In this document: positions 30,582 to 39,725 of the stretch, one piece after another | Numbering within the stretch: position 1 is the stretch's first letter | Layout of the letters: each line of letters opens with the position of its first letter | DNA from: Candidatus Latescibacterota bacterium | GTDB taxonomy: Bacteria; Latescibacterota; UBA2968 | DNA length: 43,847 nt | Direction of reading: 5' to 3' | Assembly: GCA_038279365.1 (NCBI GenBank) | Contig: JAYODI010000018.1 | Location: 24,680 to 68,526 of the forward strand | The notes under the pieces: generated by a model | The model's input: the letters and a program-made list of their open reading frames with translations, nothing else | The model's database searches: none | Told to the model about the DNA's origin: nothing | Program-made: the position numbers and the translations under genes

Positions 30582-30691
30582 AAACAGTACAAAAAGCTAA
30601 GGCCATGCCAAAATTGCTTGCAAAGACACATAAAATGTTGTATTGCTGTTATATATTATCTACTACCCTCCACAGCAAAACAAACAAAACC

Positions 30692-31975
30692 GTGTCCAAT
30701 ATACCCACACATATCGCCAAATTAATCGAAAATACCACATTGCAAAATGACTGGGATGCATCTGTTCAGGCCATACCCAACCCTTTGCCATTCCTTCAAC
30801 CACAGGCCATCCAAGAATACGGCGAGTGGACGGCACTTCCCCAAGATGCCATCGACTTCGTCATTCAAACAGCACAAAAAATTGCCTCAGATCCAAATCT
30901 CACAAAACTGGCTTGGCATGCACACCGCATCCTCTTTGTCGATAAATCGCCAGATCGTGGTGCAACCCGAAATTGGCCCCTTCTCACTCCCATACTCAAC
31001 GAATATGGGGGCGCATTTTATTTGCTCATTGCCCTTTCGGGTATTCCACACATTCGCGCCATTCATCAATCTCTCAATATCCCTGATGACATTGCCAAAC
31101 TCACCTATCGCGACACCTACGTGTGGGCACAACAATATCACGACATCGGCACACCCATTCAGGACAAATTCACACATCCTTACAAACCACATACCTGGGG
31201 CTTGTGCACCCGCATCCTACCTTGGCTTTTGAGCCATCTTCATGGCGACTTGTATCGTATTGGGCGTTTGCAATTTAAAGTTGGCCCTTATCGCCAACCC
31301 ATACGTGCCTATCGCCATCGTCAAACAGGCCATATGCGCCTCATTGCCGAATCGGATCTTGCCTTTCGTGCAGACGGCAATTTTAATGGGGCCGGTGGCA
31401 TTACCGATAAAAATGCCTGGACATCTCACTTAGAAGAATCCGATACAGAAATCACAGGTACCCTCATTCACCCAAACGGTCACGCCCAACAAACCTCCAT
31501 TACCCTACCTCTTTCAGAATGGGAAGTCGTCATTCAACAAGACGATACCATTCTCGAAATCCACATCCCAGAAGACGGTCCTATGACTTTTGATGCTTGC
31601 GGTGAATCCCTTCGACACGCCGCATTATTTTTCCCAAAACATTTTCCAGACCGTCCGTTTAAGGCCATTTGCTGCACATCTTGGTTACTCGATCCTACCT
31701 ACCAAACACTCCTCTCCGAAACCTCTAACATCGTGCGTTTCCAACGTGAATGTTATCTCTTCCCCCTCAACACGCGTGGTCATCGCAGTGGCCTTGAACG
31801 CATCTTTGGCCCCTACACACACGATCTTTCCACTGCACCACGAAACAGCAGCATGCGACGGGCCGTGCTTGATCACCTCCAATCTGGAGGTGTCCTCATC
31901 AGCGGCGGGTGCTTGCTCTGGCCAGAACACCTCACCCAATGGGGTACGCAAACTTATCTTCGCCAAATAACTTAA
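30692..31975 (+). CDS. Acyltransferase-domain protein (DUF5596/GNAT-like C-terminal)
   Basis: YRIGRLQF, LEIHIP..GP, FF...FP, CTSWLLDP, SNI.RFQ, SSMRRA motifs; start uncertain. Confidence 0.75.
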   Translation: MSNIPTHIAKLIENTTLQNDWDASVQAIPNPLPFLQPQAIQEYGEWTALPQDAIDFVIQTAQKIASDPNLTKLAWHAHRILFVDKSPDRGATRNWPLLTPILNEYGGAFYLLIALSGIPHIRAIHQSLNIPDDIAKLTYRDTYVWAQQYHDIGTPIQDKFTHPYKPHTWGLCTRILPWLLSHLHGDLYRIGRLQFKVGPYRQPIRAYRHRQTGHMRLIAESDLAFRADGNFNGAGGITDKNAWTSHLEESDTEITGTLIHPNGHAQQTSITLPLSEWEVVIQQDDTILEIHIPEDGPMTFDACGESLRHAALFFPKHFPDRPFKAICCTSWLLDPTYQTLLSETSNIVRFQRECYLFPLNTRGHRSGLERIFGPYTHDLSTAPRNSSMRRAVLDHLQSGGVLISGGCLLWPEHLTQWGTQTYLRQIT

Positions 31976-32030
31976 TCAGCAACACCCTTTATCACATATT
32001 TACCACCTGCACAGATCACCAAAACTCCTG

Positions 32031-32216
32031 TGTGATCGGCATCACACGAAACGCGTTTTTTGTGTGCATCTTTCTCAAAATATCCGCAAAAATCTTTCCC
32101 AACGTGATACCCATCACAAGCACAACCCCTTTCCCATCTGATATTCATCACATCACAACAACACAATCCATTCATAAATAAAAATCATATTTTACCTACG
32201 CGTGAGCTGCATCACG
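32031..32216. promoter_or_regulatory. Four CRP/FNR-family-like palindromic operator sites
   Basis: TGTGATCGGCATCACA 32031, CGTGATACCCATCACA 32103, TCTGATATTCATCACA 32137, CGTGAGCTGCATCACG 32201. Confidence 0.6.
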
Positions 32217-32345
32217 CTCTAATCATATCATCCAGTCTATCTTTGGTCACAACATGTTAACAACTCTTTTAGCACGCACAAAGGCTGTTTACATCAAGAC
32301 GTCCTTTGTGATTGCTAAAAACAGTCATCTGTCGGGAGGAACACC

Positions 32346-34556
32346 ATGAACACAACATCACAAGACAATGAAACAAATCTCGTGCGCCGCAGTGGCCGTT
32401 TTATTTTGGGCCTGCTGTTGGCGCTATCCCTTACACCAAGCACATATGCCACATCACTTGACCTTAACAATTACAACACGCTCAATGACGTTGTCGTGGC
32501 CATCAAAAACAATATGCCCGATGAAAACAGCGAACAATACACCATTCCCAGTCAACAAGTGCGCGATGATTTAAATCAAGTCGTCATCAACATATTAAAT
32601 GGTCAAGATCCTCAAACCATCATTTTGCCCGCATCTTTGCAAAACCACTACACACTTGCAGAGGTTGTAGATAACGGCCAAACTTATGTTGTGCTTGCCG
32701 AAACGGTTGATGGTGACAATAACGGCGTAGCAGATCGTGGCTGGGCAACTGTTATCATCAACAACACGCTCAATGCCAAGACCCTTTCAATAGATATTCC
32801 ACACCCACTCAACGACGCTGGCACACCAGAGCAGGGTATTGCCATTTTCAAGGGTACTCAGGCACGCACCTTTGTTATGTCGGGTGCACATAGAAACGCC
32901 AACAATGCTCTGGCACCTTGTTTTAATGACCCCAACTACAAAATTGCCGATGCCGCGCATAACGAAGCACACACCTTTCACGCCATTGTTGAGGCCATTG
33001 ATCAATATTATGACAGCCAATTTCAAACCCATACGGCCTTTCAGTTTCATGGCATGGGTGAAGATTCAAGCAATGGCTTAGATGTTTATATGACCCACGG
33101 CACCAAACGCGTACCATTGCCCAACAGTGTCATAGACCAAATCAAGACAGACCTCAACATCTCACAACCCACATGGGATGTGGCCATTCCAGGTGATCCA
33201 ACAGAAGCCGATCTCAATGGCATAAGCAACTTACAAGGTCGTTTGCTCAACGATGTGCATCCCAATGCCATTTGCGAAATACGCGCCTACAGTTATACCG
33301 GTCAGTTTGTACACATTGAACAAATCAGTGATGCACGTGATGCCAATGCTTATGACGAATGGATTCACGCCCTCAATCATATCAACTTCAATATTGTTCC
33401 CCCACCGCCAGGTTATTGGATCACGTCTCCCAACGGTGGCGAAACCTGGGAAATAGGCACACAAGTAAACATCACTTGGAACACGCAAAATTCACCAGAA
33501 GATGTAGATATCGCACTCTACAAAAATGGTTCTCACGAAAAAACCATCACCAATGCCACTGCCAATGACGGGGAATATACTTGGGTCGTCGATGGCAATC
33601 TCACCGAAGGTGCCGATTACACAGTACGCATCAAAAATACCACCGATACCGATAACCGCGATTATAGCGATTTTACATTCGCCATCATCGAAGGCAACAA
33701 CACCCCCCAAATCACAGTGCTGGGCCCCAATGGAGGTGAATCTTGGGATTTGGGTGCACAAGTTCTCATCACCTGGTCATCCGTCAATGTCGATGGCCAG
33801 GTCAAAGTCTCACTACACAAAAACGGTGAATTTTATAAAACCATTGCCAACACCACAGAAAACGATGGCGAAATCACCTATGATGTTCCCATGGACATCG
33901 ATCCAGATGGTGATTATACGGTGCGTGTGCGCAGTGTAGACAACACCAGCATCAAAGACTTTAGCGACAACACATTTGCCATTGATGAAGGCAATAACAC
34001 ACCAAACATCACCGTATTGAGCCCCAATGGGGGGGAAATATGGACACAAAACCAACAAGCCATCATCACCTGGTCATCCAATGCCATTCCCGGTTTGGTC
34101 AAAATATCCCTTCACAAAAATGGCTCTTATTACAAAAATATTGCCGTTACCACAGAAAATGATGGGGAATATATCTGGAATGTGCCAGCATATGTCTCGG
34201 CAGGCAATGAATACACAGTGCGTGTGCGCAGCGTAGATGATATTGGCATTGTAGACTTTAGTGATGCCACATTCTCTGTCCAACTTGCAGGGCAAGCACT
34301 CACCACCATAGACAATTACCCCAATCCTTTCAACCCCGAAACTGTCATTCGCTACCAATTGCCCAATGCAACCCATGTAGAACTGGTGGTCTTTAATATG
34401 ATAGGGCAACAAATCACACAACTGGTCAACCAAACCCAAAACGCAGGTTATCACGCCATACACTTTGATGCACGGCACTTGGCCAGTGGCCAATACATAT
34501 ACCAAATTCGAGCCAACAACCAAACCACAACGGGCCGTATGTTGCTCATCAAATAA
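32346..34556 (+). CDS. Secreted protein: putative hydrolase domain + 3 Ig-like (PNGGE) repeats + T9SS/FlgD-like C-terminal sorting domain
   Basis: GGAGGA RBS; signal peptide; three IT..PNGGE.W...ITW repeats with approx. 297-nt period; NYPNPFNPET.I.Y.L...LASGQY.Y...M.L.K C-terminus. Confidence 0.88.
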   Translation: MNTTSQDNETNLVRRSGRFILGLLLALSLTPSTYATSLDLNNYNTLNDVVVAIKNNMPDENSEQYTIPSQQVRDDLNQVVINILNGQDPQTIILPASLQNHYTLAEVVDNGQTYVVLAETVDGDNNGVADRGWATVIINNTLNAKTLSIDIPHPLNDAGTPEQGIAIFKGTQARTFVMSGAHRNANNALAPCFNDPNYKIADAAHNEAHTFHAIVEAIDQYYDSQFQTHTAFQFHGMGEDSSNGLDVYMTHGTKRVPLPNSVIDQIKTDLNISQPTWDVAIPGDPTEADLNGISNLQGRLLNDVHPNAICEIRAYSYTGQFVHIEQISDARDANAYDEWIHALNHINFNIVPPPPGYWITSPNGGETWEIGTQVNITWNTQNSPEDVDIALYKNGSHEKTITNATANDGEYTWVVDGNLTEGADYTVRIKNTTDTDNRDYSDFTFAIIEGNNTPQITVLGPNGGESWDLGAQVLITWSSVNVDGQVKVSLHKNGEFYKTIANTTENDGEITYDVPMDIDPDGDYTVRVRSVDNTSIKDFSDNTFAIDEGNNTPNITVLSPNGGEIWTQNQQAIITWSSNAIPGLVKISLHKNGSYYKNIAVTTENDGEYIWNVPAYVSAGNEYTVRVRSVDDIGIVDFSDATFSVQLAGQALTTIDNYPNPFNPETVIRYQLPNATHVELVVFNMIGQQITQLVNQTQNAGYHAIHFDARHLASGQYIYQIRANNQTTTGRMLLIK

Positions 34557-34573
34557 CAAAAACACCATCATCC

Positions 34574-34615
34574 ATATAAAAAAACCGCCAATGATTATTG
34601 GCGGTTTTTTTATAT
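34574..34615. terminator. Intrinsic terminator
   Basis: ATATAAAAAAACCGCCAAT...ATTGGCGGTTTTTTTATAT. Confidence 0.88.
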
Positions 34616-34627
34616 ATCAACACCCTA

Positions 34628-34656
34628 TTGACATGCACCATGCCACACATTACCTT
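34628..34656 (+). promoter_or_regulatory. Putative sigma70 promoter of the selenoprotein/ABC operon
   Basis: TTGACA-N17-TACCTT, then AAGGAG RBS and ATG 34680. Confidence 0.6.
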
Positions 34657-34679
34657 ACACCCCAACAAAGGAGTGATCT

Positions 34680-35636
34680 ATGGCAGACCCATTGCCCAAC
34701 CGTGGCAACCCAGAAAACGATGACTTTGCATCGGGCCCCAATATCGGCGAACCCGTTCCCACATTTACGCTTCCCAACCAATGGGGTGATCTCGTCACCT
34801 ATGTACCCAATGGCACACATCAATCACTCATCCTCTTTCATCGCAGTGCCAATTGGTGAGGCTATTGCAAGGTTCAGCTCGTGGAGCTGCAAGACAAACT
34901 TTCATACTTTGAACAAAACGACATCTTACCCTATGCCATCAGTTATGATTCTGTAGAAAGCCTCCGCTCATTTGCCCAAAAACACAACATCACTTTTCCA
35001 ATTCTTTCAGATACAAACAGTGAGGTCATACGCCAATTCAACATCTTCAACCACCTGATACCCGAAGGCCATCATTGGTATGGTGTACCATTTCCAGGAA
35101 CCTACATGGTAGATGCCAATGGCATCGTCATTGACAAATATTTTTATGCCGATTATGGAGTGCGCGACTCAGTTGCACGCATGCTTCAAAAAACATTTCA
35201 AATTGACAGCCGAGGACTTCCTGTTCAAACTGTAGAAAATAGCGACATCAAAGCACGGGCCTATCTGTCATCACACACCGTGCGTCGTGGTCAAGTGCAA
35301 ACCTTTACATTGGACATTTCACTCAAAAAAAATAGACACATCTATGCCCCACACGTCTCGGGTGGCTACATCCCCATATCGGTCACCTTTGACCCAATTG
35401 AGGAAGTCACTTTTGGCTCCATCGTTTACCCAACACCTCTACAAAAAGAAATCCTCAGAGAAAAGGTGCTTGTCTACGAAAAACACCTTCGCCTGACCAC
35501 CACCGTGCAAAACAAAAAACGCGAAAATTTTACACTCCGAGCACACTTAGATTATCAAGCCTGTGATGATCACGAATGTTATATGCCTCAAACACTCACC
35601 CTTGAACTGCCCGTCACCTATTTGGAAAATGTCTAA
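34680..35636 (+). CDS. Probable selenoprotein: peroxiredoxin-like (AhpC/TSA, UxxC) domain fused to a DsbD-N-like domain
   Basis: AAGGAG-ATG 34680 reads MADPLP...GPNIGEPVPTFTLPNQWG...LFHRSANW-TGA(34857)-GYCKVQLVELQ, in frame with track ORF 34881..35636; C-terminal YQACDDHECYMP. Confidence 0.85.
34860..34892 (+). promoter_or_regulatory. Candidate bacterial SECIS hairpin
   Basis: CAGCTC-GTG-GAGCTG stem-loop whose G-starting loop lies 21 nt after the UGA; possible lower pairing TTG/CAA. Confidence 0.6.
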
Positions 35637-36613
35637 TGGCATATCACCCCTCTGACATAATCATTCAAAATCTACGCAAAACGTATGTTGTTCCCGAACG
35701 AGATACAGGTCTGGGTGCCGCCATCAAAAGCCTCTTTGTGCGCAACACCCGAGAAGTTGAGGCCGTAAAAGACATCACATTTACCGTTGAACCAGGGGAA
35801 GTCGTTGGCTTTTTAGGACCCAATGGCGCAGGAAAAACCACAACGCTCAAAATGTTCTCTGGCCTCCTTCACCCCACCTCTGGCAACATATCGGTTCTCG
35901 GTTACAAACCCTTTGATCGCAAAAAAGAATTTCTCCAACAAATCACCCTCGTTATGGGCCAACGCAACCAACTCATTTGGGATATTCCAGTTGGTGATTC
36001 ATTTGAACGCAACCGCGCAATCTACCGCTTGCCGACAAACGAATATATTCAAACACGCAACGAGCTCACAGATCTCCTCGACTTAGGTGACCTCCTCTCA
36101 AAACCTGTTCGCAACTTGTCTTTGGGCGAGCGCATGAAATGTGAAATTGCCGCCGCGCTTTTACACCGCCCACAAGTACTCTTCTTAGACGAACCCACCA
36201 TTGGCCTTGATGTTACCATGCAACGGCGTATTCGTACCTTCATTGGTGAATACAACAAACGTTACAATGCCACTGTTTTGCTCACTTCTCACTATATGGC
36301 CGATGTAGAAGCGCTGTGCAAACGCGTCATCATTATTCACCACGGGCAGTTGCTCTTCGACGGCGCACTCAAAGAACTCGTCAACCGCTTCTCACCCCAC
36401 AAAACCATTGTGATCGATCTCGATACCGACCACGCCGATCTTTCCTCCTATGGTGATATCATCACCGCACAAGGCAGTCGTATTACCTTGCGCGTACCCA
36501 AATCAGAAACCGCAACCGTAACGGGGCGCCTCCTTGCCGATTTACCCGTCATCGACCTTACTGTAGAAGATCCACCCATTGAAGAAGTGATTGAACAGGT
36601 GTTTTCTATGTAA
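35636..36613 (+). CDS. ABC-2 type transporter ATP-binding protein
   Basis: GPNGAGKTT, LSLGE signature, LFLDEPT, TSH; TAATG coupling to the upstream gene. Confidence 0.93.
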   Translation: MAYHPSDIIIQNLRKTYVVPERDTGLGAAIKSLFVRNTREVEAVKDITFTVEPGEVVGFLGPNGAGKTTTLKMFSGLLHPTSGNISVLGYKPFDRKKEFLQQITLVMGQRNQLIWDIPVGDSFERNRAIYRLPTNEYIQTRNELTDLLDLGDLLSKPVRNLSLGERMKCEIAAALLHRPQVLFLDEPTIGLDVTMQRRIRTFIGEYNKRYNATVLLTSHYMADVEALCKRVIIIHHGQLLFDGALKELVNRFSPHKTIVIDLDTDHADLSSYGDIITAQGSRITLRVPKSETATVTGRLLADLPVIDLTVEDPPIEEVIEQVFSM

Positions 36614-36758
36614 AATGCCAAAAATAAAACCAGTGAAACGGCAAAAGTAAAACCAGTGAAATGCCAAACGTGAAACGGCAAAAATAAAACCTAAAAACCA
36701 ATAAAAAACCAACCACGCAATCCAATTACACGATTGATTCGTTTGCCGTTTGCCGTCT
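36614..36758. repeat. Intra-operon repeat element (23-nt direct repeats; GTGAAACGGC / GTTTGCC arms)
   Basis: GCCAAAAATAAAACCAGTGAAAC and GGCAAAAGTAAAACCAGTGAAAT in tandem; GTTTGCCGTTTGCCG at about 36741. Confidence 0.7.
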
Positions 36759-36799
36759 CTCAAGAATCACATATCCATCACCCCCCTATACACCAAACC

Positions 36800-37603
36800 A
36801 TGAAACATTATCTCAACATCTACTGGGCGTTTTTCAAAACCACGCTCGCGGTTCAGTTTCAATACCGCGCAGCCATGAGCATATGGATGATTGGGCGGGT
36901 GTTAGAACCCGTTGTCTACTTGGTTGTTTGGGCCACAGTTGCCCAAGCACGCGGCGGTGTCGTGGGCAATTACAATGCCGCCGATTTTGCAGCCTATTAC
37001 ATCGTACTTATGATCGTCAACCAATTTACTTTCACATGGATCATGCACGAATATGATTATCGCATTCGCCAAGGGGCACTCTCCGTCTTACTTCTTAAAC
37101 CCATTCACCCCATACACTCAGACATTGCCGACAACATCTCATACAAAATTCTTATGTCGGTCATCGTTTTTCCCACAGCCATTTTCCTTTATGCCGTATT
37201 CGACCCCAATTTAATATTTCATCTCCATCTATTCGCCCTCTTTTTGCTATCACTCACACTTGCATTTTTTATGCGCTTCTTTGTTGAATGGACCTTGGCA
37301 CTTACAGCTTTTTGGACCACACGCAATGAGGCCATTAATCAAATGTATTTCACATTGGGACTCTTCCTCTCAGGGCGCATTGCCCCAATAGATCTATTGC
37401 CCAACTTTGCCCAACATATAGCCAACGCACTGCCCTTTCGCTGGACCGTTGCATTTCCGGTAGAACTCATGTTGGGGCGATTGTCTCACGACCAAATCAC
37501 ACATGGGTTCACAATGCAAGCCGTTTGGCTCACCGTGAGTCTCATCTTACTCAAACTCGTTTGGCGCAGCGGCATCAAAAAATATTCTGCCGTAGGATCT
37601 TAA
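36800..37603 (+). CDS. ABC-2 family permease (DUF990-like)
   Basis: QYRA, IRQGALS..LLKP, LSG.IAPIDL.P, Y.AVG C-terminus. Confidence 0.88.
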   Translation: MKHYLNIYWAFFKTTLAVQFQYRAAMSIWMIGRVLEPVVYLVVWATVAQARGGVVGNYNAADFAAYYIVLMIVNQFTFTWIMHEYDYRIRQGALSVLLLKPIHPIHSDIADNISYKILMSVIVFPTAIFLYAVFDPNLIFHLHLFALFLLSLTLAFFMRFFVEWTLALTAFWTTRNEAINQMYFTLGLFLSGRIAPIDLLPNFAQHIANALPFRWTVAFPVELMLGRLSHDQITHGFTMQAVWLTVSLILLKLVWRSGIKKYSAVGS

Positions 37604-37606
37604 GTC

Positions 37607-38392
37607 ATGCATTTTTTCTCACTCATCTGGACATTCTTTCGCATTGGCATCTTGAACGAATTGGCCTATCGCGTCAACTTTTATGTCCAACTCCTCCAAT
37701 CACTTCTCAGCTTAGGCACTGCCATTGCCGGTTTGGCCATTGTCTTTTCACACACCAACGAATTGGGTGGTTGGAAAGCTGTAGACATTTTGGCCTTGCT
37801 CGGTGTGTTTATGTTTGTCGGTGGCATGATTCGCTTGGTGATTCAGCCCAGCATGTCACAACTCATGGAAGACGTGCGCCAAGGCACACTCGACTTTACG
37901 CTCACCAAACCCTGCGATGCCCAATTGCTCATCAGCATCTCCCAAATTCGCATCTGGCGTATCACCGACATTTTTTTGGGCTTGGGTGTTTTACTCACCG
38001 CACTCATCTATCGAGGCACCCATGTGGGCCTCACAGACATCATGCTTTTTATACTCGTCCTATTCACTGGTGGTGCCATCATTTACAGTTTTTGGCTGAT
38101 GTTGGCCACACTCACTTTTTGGTTCTTACGCATCGAAAACATTCTCGTCATCTTTCAAAGCATGTATGAAGCTGGGCGCTGGCCCATTGGCATCTACCCA
38201 CATTGGTTGCGTTTTGTGCTCACCTTTTTGGTGCCCGTCGCTTTTGCAATCACAGTTCCAGCAGAAGCCTTATCGGGTCGCCTTACGACCAACAGCATTG
38301 TCACATCTATTTTACTCAGCATATTTATGCTTATTTTTTCACGTTGGTTTTGGAAACGTGGTGTCAAAAATTATTCAGGTGCTTCTGCATAG
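37607..38392 (+). CDS. ABC-2 family permease (DUF990-like)
   Basis: AYRVNF, GGW, VRQGTLDF.LTKP, WPI.IYP, YSGASA C-terminus. Confidence 0.88.
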   Translation: MHFFSLIWTFFRIGILNELAYRVNFYVQLLQSLLSLGTAIAGLAIVFSHTNELGGWKAVDILALLGVFMFVGGMIRLVIQPSMSQLMEDVRQGTLDFTLTKPCDAQLLISISQIRIWRITDIFLGLGVLLTALIYRGTHVGLTDIMLFILVLFTGGAIIYSFWLMLATLTFWFLRIENILVIFQSMYEAGRWPIGIYPHWLRFVLTFLVPVAFAITVPAEALSGRLTTNSIVTSILLSIFMLIFSRWFWKRGVKNYSGASA

Positions 38393-38400
38393 GAGAAACC

Positions 38401-39630
38401 ATGAAAAAACGAAACACCTTTCGTGTTGCCATTCGGCAATTTGATCCCTTTGCTTCAGCCATTCAAAAACAGTGGGCCACATTTTGTGACACATCAGGCA
38501 TCAATTTAACATTAGAAGCCATTGAACTGGACTTGCACCCGCTTTATGAAACCCTCTTTGAAAACGATGGTCTTCAAAAGGGTGAATGGGATGTGGCATT
38601 TGTCTGCACCGATTGGCTTGCCGAAGCCCATCAAAGCAATGCGCTCTTGGATATTCACACACATTTGCAAACACACCCACCAACAAATTACCCCAACGGA
38701 TGGACAGATTCCCTGCTGCGTTTGCAAACCTTCAACACGCACATTCTCGGCTTACCCTATCACGACGGACCTCAATGTCTCATTTATCGCCAAGACCTTT
38801 TTAACGATCCATCCGAACAACAAGCTTACCAACAAAAATATGGCAAACCGCTCACCATTCCTCAGACATGGGATGACTTTGTCCAAGTCGCACGCTTCTT
38901 CACCCGCCCCAACGCCAATTTATACGGCACCGTCTTTGCCGCCTATCCCGACGGACACAACACCGTTTATGACTTTTGCATTCAACTCTGGACGCGCGGT
39001 GGCGAACTTTTTGATGCCTCCAACCACCTCACCCTCAACACGCCTCAAGCCATAGACGCACTCACCTTTTATCGCAACATACTCAATGACACATCGGCCA
39101 TACATCCACAAGCACGTGAATTTGACTCGGTCAAAAGTGGCCTTGCATTTGCCAATGGCAACATTGCCATGATGACCAACTGGTTTGGGTTTGCGGCCAT
39201 GAGCGAAACCATTGCCGAAACAAAAGTTAAAAACAAAGTGGGTGTGGCCAACATCCCGCACGCCCCAAATTGTGACAGTGCATCACTCAATGTCTATTGG
39301 ATACTCGGCATCGGGTCGGGAAGCCCACATGCAGATGTGGCCTATTCATTTCTACAACACTGTGCATCTGCCCCCCAAGACAAACTGCTCACCCTCGAAG
39401 GCGGCATTGGTTGTCGCAAATCAACGTGGGCAGATGACGAGGTCAACACCACCATTCCCTTTTACCACCTGCTCGAACCCATTCACAAAAATGCCCGCGA
39501 ACTACCACGCCTAACCCACTGGGCACAACTGTCCGAAATCATTGACCAACTTGTGCTCAACACCATCAACACAGATCGCCCCATTGCCGACCTTGTGCAA
39601 GAAGCACAGAAAATAGCCAATACACAGTAG
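38401..39630 (+). CDS. Sugar-type extracellular solute-binding protein, no evident signal peptide
   Basis: AGGAG RBS; GLPY....L.YRQDLF, PQTWDDF..VARFF, F..G..AM..NW. Confidence 0.85.
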   Translation: MKKRNTFRVAIRQFDPFASAIQKQWATFCDTSGINLTLEAIELDLHPLYETLFENDGLQKGEWDVAFVCTDWLAEAHQSNALLDIHTHLQTHPPTNYPNGWTDSLLRLQTFNTHILGLPYHDGPQCLIYRQDLFNDPSEQQAYQQKYGKPLTIPQTWDDFVQVARFFTRPNANLYGTVFAAYPDGHNTVYDFCIQLWTRGGELFDASNHLTLNTPQAIDALTFYRNILNDTSAIHPQAREFDSVKSGLAFANGNIAMMTNWFGFAAMSETIAETKVKNKVGVANIPHAPNCDSASLNVYWILGIGSGSPHADVAYSFLQHCASAPQDKLLTLEGGIGCRKSTWADDEVNTTIPFYHLLEPIHKNARELPRLTHWAQLSEIIDQLVLNTINTDRPIADLVQEAQKIANTQ

Positions 39631-39652
39631 CGATCACCAAACACAAATCCAT

Positions 39653-39695
39653 AAAAAATGGCAGGACGTTTTATCATTACGTCCTGCCATTTTTA
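39653..39695. terminator. Bidirectional terminator
   Basis: AAAAATGGCAGGACGT...ACGTCCTGCCATTTTT between convergent genes. Confidence 0.88.
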
Positions 39696-39725
39696 TTTAA
39701 ATTTGACCTCATAAATAATCAGAAA

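Noticed and set aside
32267-32320. c-di-GMP or other known riboswitch
   Set aside because: A hairpin is present but lacks the GGCAAAC/GAAA/GCAAAG-type conserved core
34465-34956. 163-aa track ORF spanning the terminator and promoter
   Set aside because: Different frame from the RBS-supported selenoprotein and crosses a terminator
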